64,000 nucleotides of DNA from Escherichia coli (GCF_030013205.1 NZ_CP122648.1), one strand, 5' to 3'; numbered from the stretch's first letter, positions 1 through 9,567 are shown. Notes: generated by a model not told the origin, from the letters alone. A program made the numbers and translations.

Positions 1-110
1 AAGGTCAATATGCTATTCCGTTTAAAGCAAAATACCTGAAGCTTACAGATAATTCAGTGCAATCAGGTGATGTGTTATCTTCTCTGGTTATGCGTGTGGC
101 GCAGGATTAA
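1..110 (+). CDS. yehD: 3' end of fimbrial major subunit (partial, runs off window start)
   Basis: Frame open from the window edge to TAA at 108-110 (...GQYAIPFKAKYLKLTDNSVQSGDVLSSLVMRVAQD*). It lies directly upstream of chaperone and usher genes, as in the yehDCBA operon. Confidence 0.7.
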   Translation, partial: GQYAIPFKAKYLKLTDNSVQSGDVLSSLVMRVAQD

Positions 111-146
111 TAAATAAAATTTCAAGTTTCTCCAGGTAATAAACAT

Positions 147-173
147 GGCCGCTATCCCCATGGCGGCCTTTTA
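147..173 (+). terminator. Hairpin plus T-run between the subunit and chaperone genes (intra-operon attenuator/terminator)
   Basis: GGCCGC (147-152) pairs with GCGGCC (163-168), followed by TTTT. The position is typical of chaperone-usher operons after the major subunit gene. Confidence 0.5.
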
Positions 174-190
174 ATTTAAGAGGCATTAAG

Positions 191-865
191 ATGAAAGGAT
201 TATTTGCTTTACTCATTTCTTCTATGGTCCTTCCTGCACATGCCGGTATTGTTATCTACGGGACGCGTATTATTTACCCGGCAGAAAATAAAGAAGTGAT
301 GGTGCAGTTGATGAATCAGGGAAACCGTTCTTCGCTGCTGCAGGCGTGGATTGATGATGGCGATACGTCGTTACCACCAGAAAAAATTCAGGTTCCTTTC
401 ATGTTAACGCCACCAGTGGCAAAAATAGGGGCAAATTCCGGGCAGCAAGTAAAAATCAAAATTATGCCGAATAAACTGCCTACTAATAAAGAGAGCATTT
501 TTTATCTGAATGTTCTTGATATTCCACCAAATAGTCCAGAGCAAGAGGGCAAGAATGCACTGAAATTTGCAATGCAAAACAGAATCAAATTGTTTTACCG
601 GCCTGCGGGTATTGCGCCGGTAAATAAAGCGACATTTAAAAAGTTACTGGTAAATCGCAGTGGCAATGGATTGGTGATAAAAAATGACTCAGCAAATTGG
701 GTAACGATTTCGGATGTCAAAGCTAATAATGTCAAAGTCAATTATGAAACTATTATGATTGCCCCCTTAGAAAGTCAGAGTATTAATGTCAAAAGTAATA
801 ATGCGAATAACTGGCATCTGACCATTATCGATGACCATGGCAACTATATTAGTGACAAAATTTAA
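191..865 (+). CDS. yehC: Periplasmic fimbrial chaperone (PapD-like)
   Basis: 224-aa ORF with signal peptide MKGLFALLISSMVLPAHA, followed by PapD-family sequence (GIVIYGTRIIYP ... NRIKLFYRP). Confidence 0.9.
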   Translation: MKGLFALLISSMVLPAHAGIVIYGTRIIYPAENKEVMVQLMNQGNRSSLLQAWIDDGDTSLPPEKIQVPFMLTPPVAKIGANSGQQVKIKIMPNKLPTNKESIFYLNVLDIPPNSPEQEGKNALKFAMQNRIKLFYRPAGIAPVNKATFKKLLVNRSGNGLVIKNDSANWVTISDVKANNVKVNYETIMIAPLESQSINVKSNNANNWHLTIIDDHGNYISDKI

Positions 866-880
866 TTGCAGGAGCTGCCT

Positions 881-3361
881 ATGTTGAGAATGACCCCACT
901 TGCATCAGCAATCGTAGCGTTATTGCTCGGCATTGAAGCTTATGCAGCTGAAGAAACCTTTGATACCCATTTTATGATAGGTGGAATGAAAGACCAGCAG
1001 GTTGCAAATATTCGTCTTGATGATAATCAACCCTTGCCGGGGCAGTATGACATCGATATTTATGTCAATAAGCAATGGCGCGGGAAATATGAGATTATTG
1101 TTAAAGACAACCCGCAAGAAACATGTTTATCAAGGGAAATTATCAAGCGGTTAGGCGTTAATACCGATAACTTTGCCAGCGGTAAGCAATGTTTAACATT
1201 TGAGCAACTTGTTCAGGGTGGGAGCTATACCTGGGATATCGGAGTTTTTCGTCTCGATTTCAGTGTCCCGCAGGCGTGGGTGGAAGAACTGGAAAGTGGC
1301 TATGTTCCACCGGAAAACTGGGAACGGGGTATTAATGCGTTTTATACCTCTTATTATGTGAGTCAGTATTACAGCGACTATAAAGCGTCGGGTAATAGCA
1401 AGAGTACATATGTACGTTTTAACAGCGGGTTAAACTTACTGGGGTGGCAACTGCATTCTGATGCCAGTTTCAGTAAAACAAATAGCAATCCAGGGGTGTG
1501 GAAAAGCAATACCCTGTATCTGGAACGTGGATTTGCCCAACTTCTCGGCACGCTTCGCGTGGGTGATATGTACACATCAAGCGATATTTTTGATTCTGTT
1601 CGCTTCAGCGGTGTGCGGTTGTTTCGTGATATGCAGATGTTGCCTAACTCGAAACAAAATTTTACGCCACGGGTGCAGGGGATTGCTCAGAGTAACGCGC
1701 TGGTAACTATTGAACAGAATGGTTTTGTCGTTTATCAGAAAGAGGTTCCTCCTGGCCCGTTTGCGATTACAGATTTGCAGTTGGCCGGTGGTGGAGCAGA
1801 TCTTGATGTCAGCGTGAAAGAGGCGGACGGCTCGGTTACCACCTATCTGGTGCCTTATGCAGCAGTGCCGAATATGCTGCAACCCGGAGTGTCGAAATAT
1901 GATTTTGCGGCGGGTCGTAGCCATATTGAAGGGGCGAGCAAACAAAGTGATTTTGTCCAGGCGGGTTATCAGTATGGTTTTAATAACTTATTGACGCTGT
2001 ATGGCGGATCGATGGTCGCGAATAATTATTACGCGTTCACTTTGGGGACTAGCTGGAATACACGCATTGGTGCCATTTCCGTCGATGCCACGAAGTCGCA
2101 TAGTAAACAAGACAACGGCGATGTGTTTGACGGGCAAAGTTATCAAATTGCCTACAACAAATTTGTGAGCCAAACGTCGACGCGTTTTGGTCTGGCGGCC
2201 TGGCGTTATTCGTCGCGTGATTACCGGACATTTAACGATCACGTTTGGGCAAACAATAAAGATAATTATCGCCGTGATGAAAACGATATCTATGACATTG
2301 CCGATTATTACCAGAACGATTTTGGCCGTAAAAATAGCTTTTCTGCCAATATGAGCCAGTCATTGCCAGAAGGCTGGGGTTCTGTGTCCTTAAGTACGTT
2401 ATGGCGAGATTACTGGGGGCGTAGCGGCAGCAGTAAGGATTATCAGTTGAGTTATTCCAACAACCTGCGACGGATAAGCTATACCCTCGCGGCAAGCCAG
2501 GCTTATGACGAGAATCATCATGAAGAGAAACGTTTTAATATTTTTATATCGATTCCCTTTGATTGGGGTGATGACGTTACGACGCCTCGTCGGCAAATAT
2601 ATATGTCTAACTCAACGACGTTTGATGATCAGGGTTTTGCCTCAAATAATACGGGATTATCGGGAACCGTTGGAAACCGGGATCAATTTAACTATGGGGT
2701 CAACCTGAGTCATCAGCATCAGGGAAATGAAACAACAGCTGGAGCGAATTTAACCTGGAACGCGCCGGTGGCAACGGTGAATGGCAGTTATAGTCAGTCG
2801 AGTACTTATCGACAGGCTGGAGCCAGTGTTTCAGGGGGCATTGTCGCCTGGTCGGGTGGCGTTAATCTGGCGAACCGTCTTTCCGAAACGTTTGCAGTGA
2901 TGAATGCGCCAGGAATTAAAGATGCTTATGTCAATGGGCAAAAATATCGCACAACAAACCGTAATGGAGTGGTGGTATACGACGGAATGACACCTTATCG
3001 GGAAAATCACCTGATGCTGGATGTGTCGCAAAGCGATAGCGAAGCAGAATTGCGCGGTAACCGGAAAATTGCCGCACCTTATCGCGGCGCGGTTGTACTG
3101 GTTAATTTTGATACCGATCAGCGCAAGCCCTGGTTTATAAAAGCGTTAAGAACGGATGGGCAACCATTAACGTTTGGTTATGAAGTCAATGATATCCATG
3201 GTCATAATATTGGCGTTGTCGGCCAGGGAAGCCAGTTATTTATTCGCACCAATGAAGTTCCGCCATCGGTTAATGTAGCAATTGATAAGCAACAAGGACT
3301 TTCATGCACAATCACCTTCGGTAAAGAGATTGATGAAAGTAGAAATTATATTTGCCAGTAA
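881..3361 (+). CDS. yehB: Outer-membrane fimbrial usher (FimD/PapC family)
   Basis: ATG 881 is preceded by GGAG (871-874). The 826-aa product starts with signal peptide MLRMTPLASAIVALLLGIEAYA. The ORF-track start at 866 is an upstream TTG. Confidence 0.9.
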   Translation: MLRMTPLASAIVALLLGIEAYAAEETFDTHFMIGGMKDQQVANIRLDDNQPLPGQYDIDIYVNKQWRGKYEIIVKDNPQETCLSREIIKRLGVNTDNFASGKQCLTFEQLVQGGSYTWDIGVFRLDFSVPQAWVEELESGYVPPENWERGINAFYTSYYVSQYYSDYKASGNSKSTYVRFNSGLNLLGWQLHSDASFSKTNSNPGVWKSNTLYLERGFAQLLGTLRVGDMYTSSDIFDSVRFSGVRLFRDMQMLPNSKQNFTPRVQGIAQSNALVTIEQNGFVVYQKEVPPGPFAITDLQLAGGGADLDVSVKEADGSVTTYLVPYAAVPNMLQPGVSKYDFAAGRSHIEGASKQSDFVQAGYQYGFNNLLTLYGGSMVANNYYAFTLGTSWNTRIGAISVDATKSHSKQDNGDVFDGQSYQIAYNKFVSQTSTRFGLAAWRYSSRDYRTFNDHVWANNKDNYRRDENDIYDIADYYQNDFGRKNSFSANMSQSLPEGWGSVSLSTLWRDYWGRSGSSKDYQLSYSNNLRRISYTLAASQAYDENHHEEKRFNIFISIPFDWGDDVTTPRRQIYMSNSTTFDDQGFASNNTGLSGTVGNRDQFNYGVNLSHQHQGNETTAGANLTWNAPVATVNGSYSQSSTYRQAGASVSGGIVAWSGGVNLANRLSETFAVMNAPGIKDAYVNGQKYRTTNRNGVVVYDGMTPYRENHLMLDVSQSDSEAELRGNRKIAAPYRGAVVLVNFDTDQRKPWFIKALRTDGQPLTFGYEVNDIHGHNIGVVGQGSQLFIRTNEVPPSVNVAIDKQQGLSCTITFGKEIDESRNYICQ

Positions 3362-3376
3362 TAGTCAGGTGGTCCT

Positions 3377-4411
3377 ATGAAAATTCGCATAATGCTATTT
3401 ATATTAATGATGATGGTTATGCCTGTGAGCTATGCGGCATGTTATAGTGAGTTATCTGTTCAGCACAATTTGGTTGTTCAGGGGGATTTTGCACTTAGTC
3501 AAACACAAATAGCGACATATGAGCATAATTTTAATTATTCGTCATGCGTGAGTACAAATACTATCACCCCTATGAGCCCGTCGGATATTATTGTTGGACT
3601 TTATAACGATACCATTAAATTAAATTTACATTTTGAATGGACCAATAAAAACAACATCACGCTGTCAAATAATCAGACCAGTTTCACCAGTGGTTATTCG
3701 GTAACGGTGACACCTGCGGCCAGTAATGCAAAAGTGAATGTTTCTGCGGGGGGCGGCGGTTCAGTAATGATTAATGGTGTTGCAACATTATCCAGTGCTT
3801 CATCATCGACACGCGGGAGTGCCGCAGTACAATTTCTACTGTGTTTATTAGGTGGCAAGTCATGGGATGCATGTGTAAATAGCTACAGAAATGCATTGGC
3901 ACAAAATGCAGGTGTCTATTCCTTTAATCTGACCTTGTCATACAACCCGATAACCACAACCTGCAAACCGGACGATTTATTAATTACTTTAGAGAGTATT
4001 CCCGTTTCACAATTACCAGCCACAGGTAACAAAGCAACAATAAATAGTAAAAAAGGGGATGTTATTCTGCGTTGTAAAAATTTATTAGGTCAACAAAATC
4101 AAACATCACGAAAAATGCAGGTGTATTTATCAAGTTCTGACTTGTTAACCAACAGCAACACAATACTGAAAGGTGCGGAAGATAATGGCGTAGGATTTAT
4201 TCTTGAAAGTAATAGTTCGCCAGTCACACTTTTAAATATCACTAACAGCAGTAAAGGATACACAAATTTAAAAGAAATTGCGACAAAGTCAAAACTTACA
4301 GATACAACGGTTTCAATTCCGATAACTGCCAGTTACTACGTCTACGATACAAACAAAGTTAAATCTGGCGCACTGGAGGCAACCGCATTAATCAACGTGA
4401 AATACGACTAA
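3377..4411 (+). CDS. yehA: Fimbrial tip/adhesin-like protein
   Basis: 344-aa ORF with a signal peptide ending VSYA. It is Ser/Thr/Asn-rich and is the last gene of the chaperone-usher operon. Confidence 0.75.
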   Translation: MKIRIMLFILMMMVMPVSYAACYSELSVQHNLVVQGDFALSQTQIATYEHNFNYSSCVSTNTITPMSPSDIIVGLYNDTIKLNLHFEWTNKNNITLSNNQTSFTSGYSVTVTPAASNAKVNVSAGGGGSVMINGVATLSSASSSTRGSAAVQFLLCLLGGKSWDACVNSYRNALAQNAGVYSFNLTLSYNPITTTCKPDDLLITLESIPVSQLPATGNKATINSKKGDVILRCKNLLGQQNQTSRKMQVYLSSSDLLTNSNTILKGAEDNGVGFILESNSSPVTLLNITNSSKGYTNLKEIATKSKLTDTTVSIPITASYYVYDTNKVKSGALEATALINVKYD

Positions 4412-4467
4412 TAACAAGCAAGACGAGCAAGTGGCTAATAATAAAAAATAACAAGGTGTCTGCATTT

Positions 4468-4494
4468 CCCCCTCATGATGAGGGGGCTTTTTTT
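4468..4494. terminator. Hairpin between convergent yehA and rcnB (terminator)
   Basis: CCCCCTCAT (4468-4476) pairs with ATGAGGGGG (4478-4486), followed by CTTTTTTT. The rcnB stop codon overlaps the T-run. Confidence 0.6.
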
Positions 4495-4831
4495 AGCGAT
4501 GATAAAAAATCTCACCGTCGTAGGCTTTAATGATTTTACCGTCGGTGTCGCTGATCAACACGTACGCGCCACCCATATAGGTCCAGTGCGTCCCGGCATC
4601 AGGCGCGGGCAGGTTACGTAACTGCCACTGCTTAATGTTGTACTCATCGGTGCGGTACATCTCTGGGACGGTATCGCCTGGTTTGAAATGCTTAAAGTCA
4701 GCAATGAAACTGCTTAACTCATACTTAGAAATTCCCGAGGTATTGGTCGAACCCGCGGTGGCTGGTGCGGCCCAGGCGGCACTGGTAACCAGCAAAAGCG
4801 CACCCAGCAACATCTTATTTTTAATGGTCAT
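4493..4831 (-). CDS. rcnB: Periplasmic nickel/cobalt homeostasis protein
   Basis: 112 aa from ATG 4831 (MTIKNKMLLGALLLVTSAAWA signal peptide), downstream of rcnA. The 172-aa track ORF carries a non-native N-terminal extension. Confidence 0.85.
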   Translation of the reverse strand: MTIKNKMLLGALLLVTSAAWAAPATAGSTNTSGISKYELSSFIADFKHFKPGDTVPEMYRTDEYNIKQWQLRNLPAPDAGTHWTYMGGAYVLISDTDGKIIKAYDGEIFYHR

Positions 4832-5049
4832 AAACTCTCCACTTTGGGGATCTGTAATATCAGTCGCATATCTTTCCTGCCATACAATATAACTGACAAG
4901 CGATATTTTGTTAGTGATCCCATGATTTCGTAAAAAGTGTAAATGAAAGGATGCCCTAAAAGCATCCTTAGCGAGCAGAGAGTCAGCGGAAATAGCTGAT
5001 TTAAGAATCATCCTGGGCTGAAGATAACATGCAAGCCTAAAGGATGGAG

Positions 5050-5874
5050 TTATCGCATTATGCCCATGAAGCCATGTACGCCCATATACACACCAACTAA
5101 GCCAATCAACAGACTGGAAAAATAGGGGGCGCGTTTAGCGAGAGTGTTAAATCCGCTCCAGCGTTTTGCGACCTGCTGAACGCTGATTGCTGCGCCAACG
5201 CCTACGGTGACAAGCGTTAACGCCAGGCCAATGCTGAAACTGACGACCAGTGTTGCGCCCAGTGTCAGGGCTTTCAACTGAATGCATATCAACAGCACGG
5301 TAATTGCTGCCGGGCAGGGGATAAGGCCACCGGTTAAGCCAAATAGCAAAATTTGCCAGTTGGTGACCTCTCTACCATCAAAGCGTCGTTTAATGTCATT
5401 GGCATGGGCTCGTGCATGGGCATCCTGATACTCGCCATGTTCGTGATGGTGATGATGTCCATGGTCGTGGTGATCTTCGTGATCGTGGTGATGATGCTCA
5501 TGATCATGCTCGTGCATATTCTCCAGCCAGTTGCGTTCGCCGCGCCAGGTACGCCAGAACATCCAGAACGCGGTGCCAATAATGATCACTGCGGAAATCA
5601 ACTGGAGCCACGGTTCTGCTGATTGAGCAGTAAAGCGCTTGCTGATCACCATCCCGCCAAAGGCAATCAACCAGACCACTGCGGTATGCGAAATGGTTGC
5701 TGCCAGTCCGAGCATCACCGCCTGTTTAATGGTGCCTTTGATGGCGATGATAAACGCCGCCATCATCGTTTTTGAGTGCCCTGGTTCCAGGCCATGAAGC
5801 GCACCAAGTAAGATGGCGCTGGGGATGAAGAACCAGGCGTTTCCTTGCTGAAGAAGAGTGGTAAATTCGGTCAT
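5050..5874 (-). CDS. rcnA: Nickel/cobalt efflux membrane protein
   Basis: 274-aa polytopic protein with a His/Asp/Glu-rich loop (HEHDHEHHHHDHEDHHDHGHHHHHEH), characteristic of RcnA. Confidence 0.95.
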   Translation of the reverse strand: MTEFTTLLQQGNAWFFIPSAILLGALHGLEPGHSKTMMAAFIIAIKGTIKQAVMLGLAATISHTAVVWLIAFGGMVISKRFTAQSAEPWLQLISAVIIIGTAFWMFWRTWRGERNWLENMHEHDHEHHHHDHEDHHDHGHHHHHEHGEYQDAHARAHANDIKRRFDGREVTNWQILLFGLTGGLIPCPAAITVLLICIQLKALTLGATLVVSFSIGLALTLVTVGVGAAISVQQVAKRWSGFNTLAKRAPYFSSLLIGLVGVYMGVHGFMGIMR

Positions 5875-5911
5875 GATAATAATTCTTAGTATTAATTCGG
5901 CAATCTTATTC

Positions 5912-5946
5912 TACTCCCCCCCAGTACCTGATACTACCCCCCAGTA
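5912..5946. promoter_or_regulatory. Two RcnR operator sites in the rcnA-rcnR divergent region
   Basis: TACTCCCCCCCAGTA (5912-5926) and TACTACCCCCCAGTA (5932-5946). These fit the described RcnR operator type TACT-G6-N-AGTA, read on the other strand. Confidence 0.7.
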
Positions 5947-5994
5947 GATTAATAGTGCTATGATTTTTCATATTCTTGTTAACCAGGTGTTGCC

Positions 5995-6267
5995 ATGTCT
6001 CATACCATCCGTGATAAACAGAAACTGAAAGCGCGTGCCAGTAAGATTCAGGGCCAGGTCGTGGCGCTCAAGAAAATGCTCGACGAGCCGCACGAATGCG
6101 CTGCAGTTTTACAACAGATTGCTGCTATCCGTGGCGCGGTAAACGGTCTGATGCGGGAAGTGATTAAAGGTCATCTGACGGAACACATCGTTCACCAGGG
6201 GGATGAGCTAAAACGTGAAGAAGATCTGGATGTCGTTCTGAAGGTGCTGGATTCTTATATCAAATAA
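5995..6267 (+). CDS. rcnR: Ni/Co-responsive transcriptional repressor (CsoR/RcnR family)
   Basis: 90-aa ORF ([29 protein letters not shown]...) divergent from rcnA. Confidence 0.95.
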
Positions 6268-6304
6268 TTTATTAACGCGATTGTAAAACTGCGGTTTTTA
6301 CTCG

Positions 6305-6333
6305 TTTACAACGCGTGCGCTGGACATTACCAT
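6305..6333 (+). promoter_or_regulatory. Candidate sigma70 promoter, possibly the displaced native thiM promoter
   Basis: TTTACA (6305-6310), a 17-bp spacer, then TACCAT (6328-6333), about 30 bp upstream of the left TPP-aptamer copy. Confidence 0.35.
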
Positions 6334-6360
6334 CCTCCTCTGCGATTTATCATCGCAATC

Positions 6361-6437
6361 AAACGACTCGGGGTGCCCTTCTGCGTGAAGGCTGAGAAAT
6401 ACCCGTATCACCTGATCTGGATAATGCCAGCGTAGGG
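6361..6437 (+). repeat. Left copy of the 77-bp direct repeat: TPP riboswitch aptamer fragment (putative attL)
   Basis: Identical over 77 bp to 15251-15327. The sequence AAACGACTCGGGGTGCCCTTCTGCGTGAAGGCTGAGAAATACCCGTATCACCTGATCTGGATAATGCCAGCGTAGGG is the thiM THI-box aptamer. Confidence 0.9.
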
Positions 6438-6520
6438 GGCCAAAATAGTCTTGAAAATTATGTGGTTGTATCTCTTTTTGACCATAAATCATGCTGTTAA
6501 GGTACAAAAAGGGGTCGTTT

Positions 6521-7828
6521 ATGAGGTCAAGAACTCTCCCATACACATTTCAGCGAAACGGTAATTACTATCTACAAATCCGGCTTTCGGATGGTCGGAT
6601 ATACAAAAAATCACTTTTTACTGACAGTTATCGCGAAGCATCGGCGTTGATGATTGGCCTTACTCCGCACATTCCTTTCGTTAAATCACTCGCTACTCCG
6701 TTGCCGCAATTTAATAAGTTTGTTTCAAACTTGATCGCTTCGTCACGTAACGTAATGATTCCGTTGCCACTCCCTCAGCAATTGAACAATATTTCTAAAG
6801 AAGTTTTGCAGCTTCAACCACCAGCCAAACCGGAAAAGGTGCTAACACTTGCTGATGCGTGGGCTATGTACAAGGAGGAAAGAGGTCGAAATTGGACAAA
6901 ATCGATCTCAATGGCAAATGAGCGTTATATGGAGGTATTGCTTGTTGTCTTGGGAAAAGAAACAGACGTAACGGCAATCACCAAACAAGATATTAAGCGA
7001 GTAATGGAAACTGTCGAAAACTTACCAAAGCGTGTAGTGCAACCGTATAGGTCAATGACTATTCAGCAACTAATCGAATGTGATGATGTGCTGCCAGAGG
7101 ATTTAGTTGGTGCTGAGGCTGTACATAAGCACCTTAAAATCTACAAATCGTTATTCAAAACATTTCTGACTGAAAACAAAGATATTCTATCTAAGTCTCC
7201 GACTGATGGAATAGTAGCGGCACCATCCAAAGCTAGGTTTGGTGCATACAGTGCAGCAGAAATGAAAAAATTTGTAGGATGGGCACTAAAGCAGCCTGAT
7301 GGATGGCAGAAGTGGATCACTTTGTTGTTGGCGTACACAGGAGCCAGAAGAGGTGAGATTGCTAAACTGGAGAAGTCGCAGATCAAATTTGATGAAGATA
7401 GCCAGCGGCACTATCTTCTGATCGCGGAAAGAAGGCTGGGTAAAACTGAGAATGCTACAAGACAGGTAGTGATTCATCCCAAACTGATTGAGTGGGGGTT
7501 TCTGGATTTTGTTAACCGCCAATGGAAAGAGAAAATCTTTTCGGAAGTCTCAGGTCGAAATATGTCAAAGATAGGTAAAGTTCTTTCAGATGTTCGTGAT
7601 CAGCTTGATATTCCTTATCTTGATGATTATGGGCAGCGGCGCTTGGTGCATAGTTTCCGGCATACTATGATTTCTACTTGTTTAGCTGGTTGGGTGAGTA
7701 ATTTGGCGCATCTGCAACAGGTGGTAGGTCATGAGAAAAGCGGTTTAGGGATTACCAGACGCTATTTGCACTCTTTTCCTTTACGTTCAATTTGTTACGT
7801 GATTGATGGTTTGGACTGGTTAAATTGA
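6521..7828 (+). CDS. Tyrosine recombinase / phage-type integrase
   Basis: ATG 6521 with SD AAGGGG (6509-6514). C-terminal catalytic residues are visible: ARRGE (Arg), HSFRH (His-x-x-Arg), GHEK (His), RRYLH (Tyr). The track start at 6491 adds 10 aa. Confidence 0.9.
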   Translation: MRSRTLPYTFQRNGNYYLQIRLSDGRIYKKSLFTDSYREASALMIGLTPHIPFVKSLATPLPQFNKFVSNLIASSRNVMIPLPLPQQLNNISKEVLQLQPPAKPEKVLTLADAWAMYKEERGRNWTKSISMANERYMEVLLVVLGKETDVTAITKQDIKRVMETVENLPKRVVQPYRSMTIQQLIECDDVLPEDLVGAEAVHKHLKIYKSLFKTFLTENKDILSKSPTDGIVAAPSKARFGAYSAAEMKKFVGWALKQPDGWQKWITLLLAYTGARRGEIAKLEKSQIKFDEDSQRHYLLIAERRLGKTENATRQVVIHPKLIEWGFLDFVNRQWKEKIFSEVSGRNMSKIGKVLSDVRDQLDIPYLDDYGQRRLVHSFRHTMISTCLAGWVSNLAHLQQVVGHEKSGLGITRRYLHSFPLRSICYVIDGLDWLN

Positions 7829-7927
7829 TGTGAGCCTCGTGAGAAAGGGAATAAATAGAGAAAATCAAGTTGTTACCTCATTGGCAGGGGATATAATGAC
7901 CATATTGTCATCTTGAGGAACAAAAGT

Positions 7928-9499
7928 ATGGTTGCTCGTTCTAACCTTGTAAATTTAGATGCACTGATTAAGCGTGCTGATTTAGGTTTAAAGATCCAAG
8001 ATAACTCTTCATTTGAAACGCTAAACAGTATTCCTGCAAGAGAATTGAAATCAGGAAGTGGAATTGCTGCGCTTCTGAGAAAACCAGATTTCCAGCGTGA
8101 AACAAATCATTGGGGGCCTGAGCAGGTTGTATCGCTTCTCGAATGCTACATCAATGGTGATTTGATACCTTCCGTTATTCTTTGGCGGTCTTCAACCCAT
8201 CTTTTTGTGATCGATGGTGGTCATCGTTTAAGTGCGTTACGTGCTTGGGTTGAAGATGATTATGGCGACGGTCATATATCCCATCAACTTTTTGGGCATG
8301 ATATTCCTCGTGAACAACGCCGCGCTGCAGATAGAACGAGAAAGCTTGTGAAGGAGAGGGTCGGTAGCTGGGAATATTATCAGAAGTTGCTTGCCGATGA
8401 TGCTTCATTGACCGAGGAACAGCAGAGAAGAATCAGCGTATTAACATCTCGTGGAATCTCAGTCCAATGGGTAGTGGGTGATGTAGATAAGGCAGAAACT
8501 TCATTTTTTAACATCAATATGAAGGGAACTCCTCTTGATGCTATCGAAGAGATGCTTCTAAAAAATCGCAAGAAAAGTATTCCGATAGCAACCCGAGCAA
8601 TTATTCGTGCCGGTAGAGGTCATCGCTATTGGTCGGGGTTTGATCAGAGCATTGCCCAGCAACTTGAAGATAAATCTGCAAAGCTGCATCGTTTGCTGTT
8701 CGAACCTGAAGTTGATCGCCCTATTAAAACTCTTGATCTTCCATTAGGCGGTTCTAGGGGGGTCAGGACAGCGATCCAAGTTTTGAAAGATTTCTTACTG
8801 ATCACTGATTGCAACCAGAATGGTGTTTTGAAAAAAATCGAAGCCTACCCTGATGATGCGTCGGGTGCTGATACGTTAAGAATCCTTTCCAAAGCCACAT
8901 CATTAAGCAATAGAATTACAGGCAATGGCGATGGTAGCTTGGGGCTTCATCCAGCGATTTATTTTTATGGTCCGACTGGAATCCACTCAACGCCAATGTT
9001 TCTAGGAACTGTGCTACTGGTGGCAAAACAACTCTCTAACAATAATGGTCAATTCTTTAAAGACTTCACAACAATCAGATCTAGGCTTGAGAGAATAATG
9101 ATCGAATTTAAGGACTTGATCGCAATGATAGTACAAAAACCAGGTAGTAATGTCCGAGTGGCTCGCTACTGTGATTTTTTAAATGCGGTGATCAAATCAC
9201 TCAAGCAGGGAGAGAATATTGATGAGAGTAAGCTTATCGAGCTGGCCGAATTGGAGGGGAGAATACTCTCTGGAGATTTTAAGAGAACATCAGCAAAAAT
9301 CAGCGATGAACAAAAAAGTAAGGTGTTCATTGACGTGGCTCTGCGCAACGCTTTGAAATGTCCGATTTGCCAAGGTTACCTTGATACTGAAAAGTCAGTT
9401 TCTTATGATCATATCGTACGTGTCCGTGAGGGAGGAGATGGTAATTCTGACAATGTACAGTTGACACACCCTTACTGTAACCAGTCAGTGAAGTGTTAA
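7928..9499 (+). CDS. DUF262/ParB-like (DGQHR-type) N-terminal domain fused to a C-terminal zinc-ribbon HNH nuclease; candidate defence nuclease
   Basis: ATG 7928 with SD GAGGA. Motifs: KPDFQRE, VIDGGHRLSALRAW, FFNINMKGTPL. C-terminal sequence: CPICQGYLDTEKSVSYDHIVRVREGGDGNSDNVQLTHPYCN. The track start at 7913 is a TTG. Confidence 0.8.
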   Translation: MVARSNLVNLDALIKRADLGLKIQDNSSFETLNSIPARELKSGSGIAALLRKPDFQRETNHWGPEQVVSLLECYINGDLIPSVILWRSSTHLFVIDGGHRLSALRAWVEDDYGDGHISHQLFGHDIPREQRRAADRTRKLVKERVGSWEYYQKLLADDASLTEEQQRRISVLTSRGISVQWVVGDVDKAETSFFNINMKGTPLDAIEEMLLKNRKKSIPIATRAIIRAGRGHRYWSGFDQSIAQQLEDKSAKLHRLLFEPEVDRPIKTLDLPLGGSRGVRTAIQVLKDFLLITDCNQNGVLKKIEAYPDDASGADTLRILSKATSLSNRITGNGDGSLGLHPAIYFYGPTGIHSTPMFLGTVLLVAKQLSNNNGQFFKDFTTIRSRLERIMIEFKDLIAMIVQKPGSNVRVARYCDFLNAVIKSLKQGENIDESKLIELAELEGRILSGDFKRTSAKISDEQKSKVFIDVALRNALKCPICQGYLDTEKSVSYDHIVRVREGGDGNSDNVQLTHPYCNQSVKC

Positions 9500-9567
9500 A
9501 ATCACGTTTCACTTTTCGTTGTCATTTGTATCGAACGTTTTTGAGAAAGGGCAGGATTGCGAGCGAG

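Noticed and set aside
5334-5622. CAT/CAC/GAT-rich repetitive stretch and the two ORFs overlapping it; checked as a possible microsatellite or repeat element
   Set aside because: It is the His/Asp-rich cytoplasmic loop coding region of rcnA, a known feature of this efflux protein. The overlapping ORFs are frame artefacts.
6298-6546. 82-aa minus-strand ORF spanning the left TPP-aptamer copy and the integrase start region
   Set aside because: It reads straight through a riboswitch/att repeat and the rcnR-proximal promoter region. The repeat identity is explained by RNA structure and recombination, not by coding.
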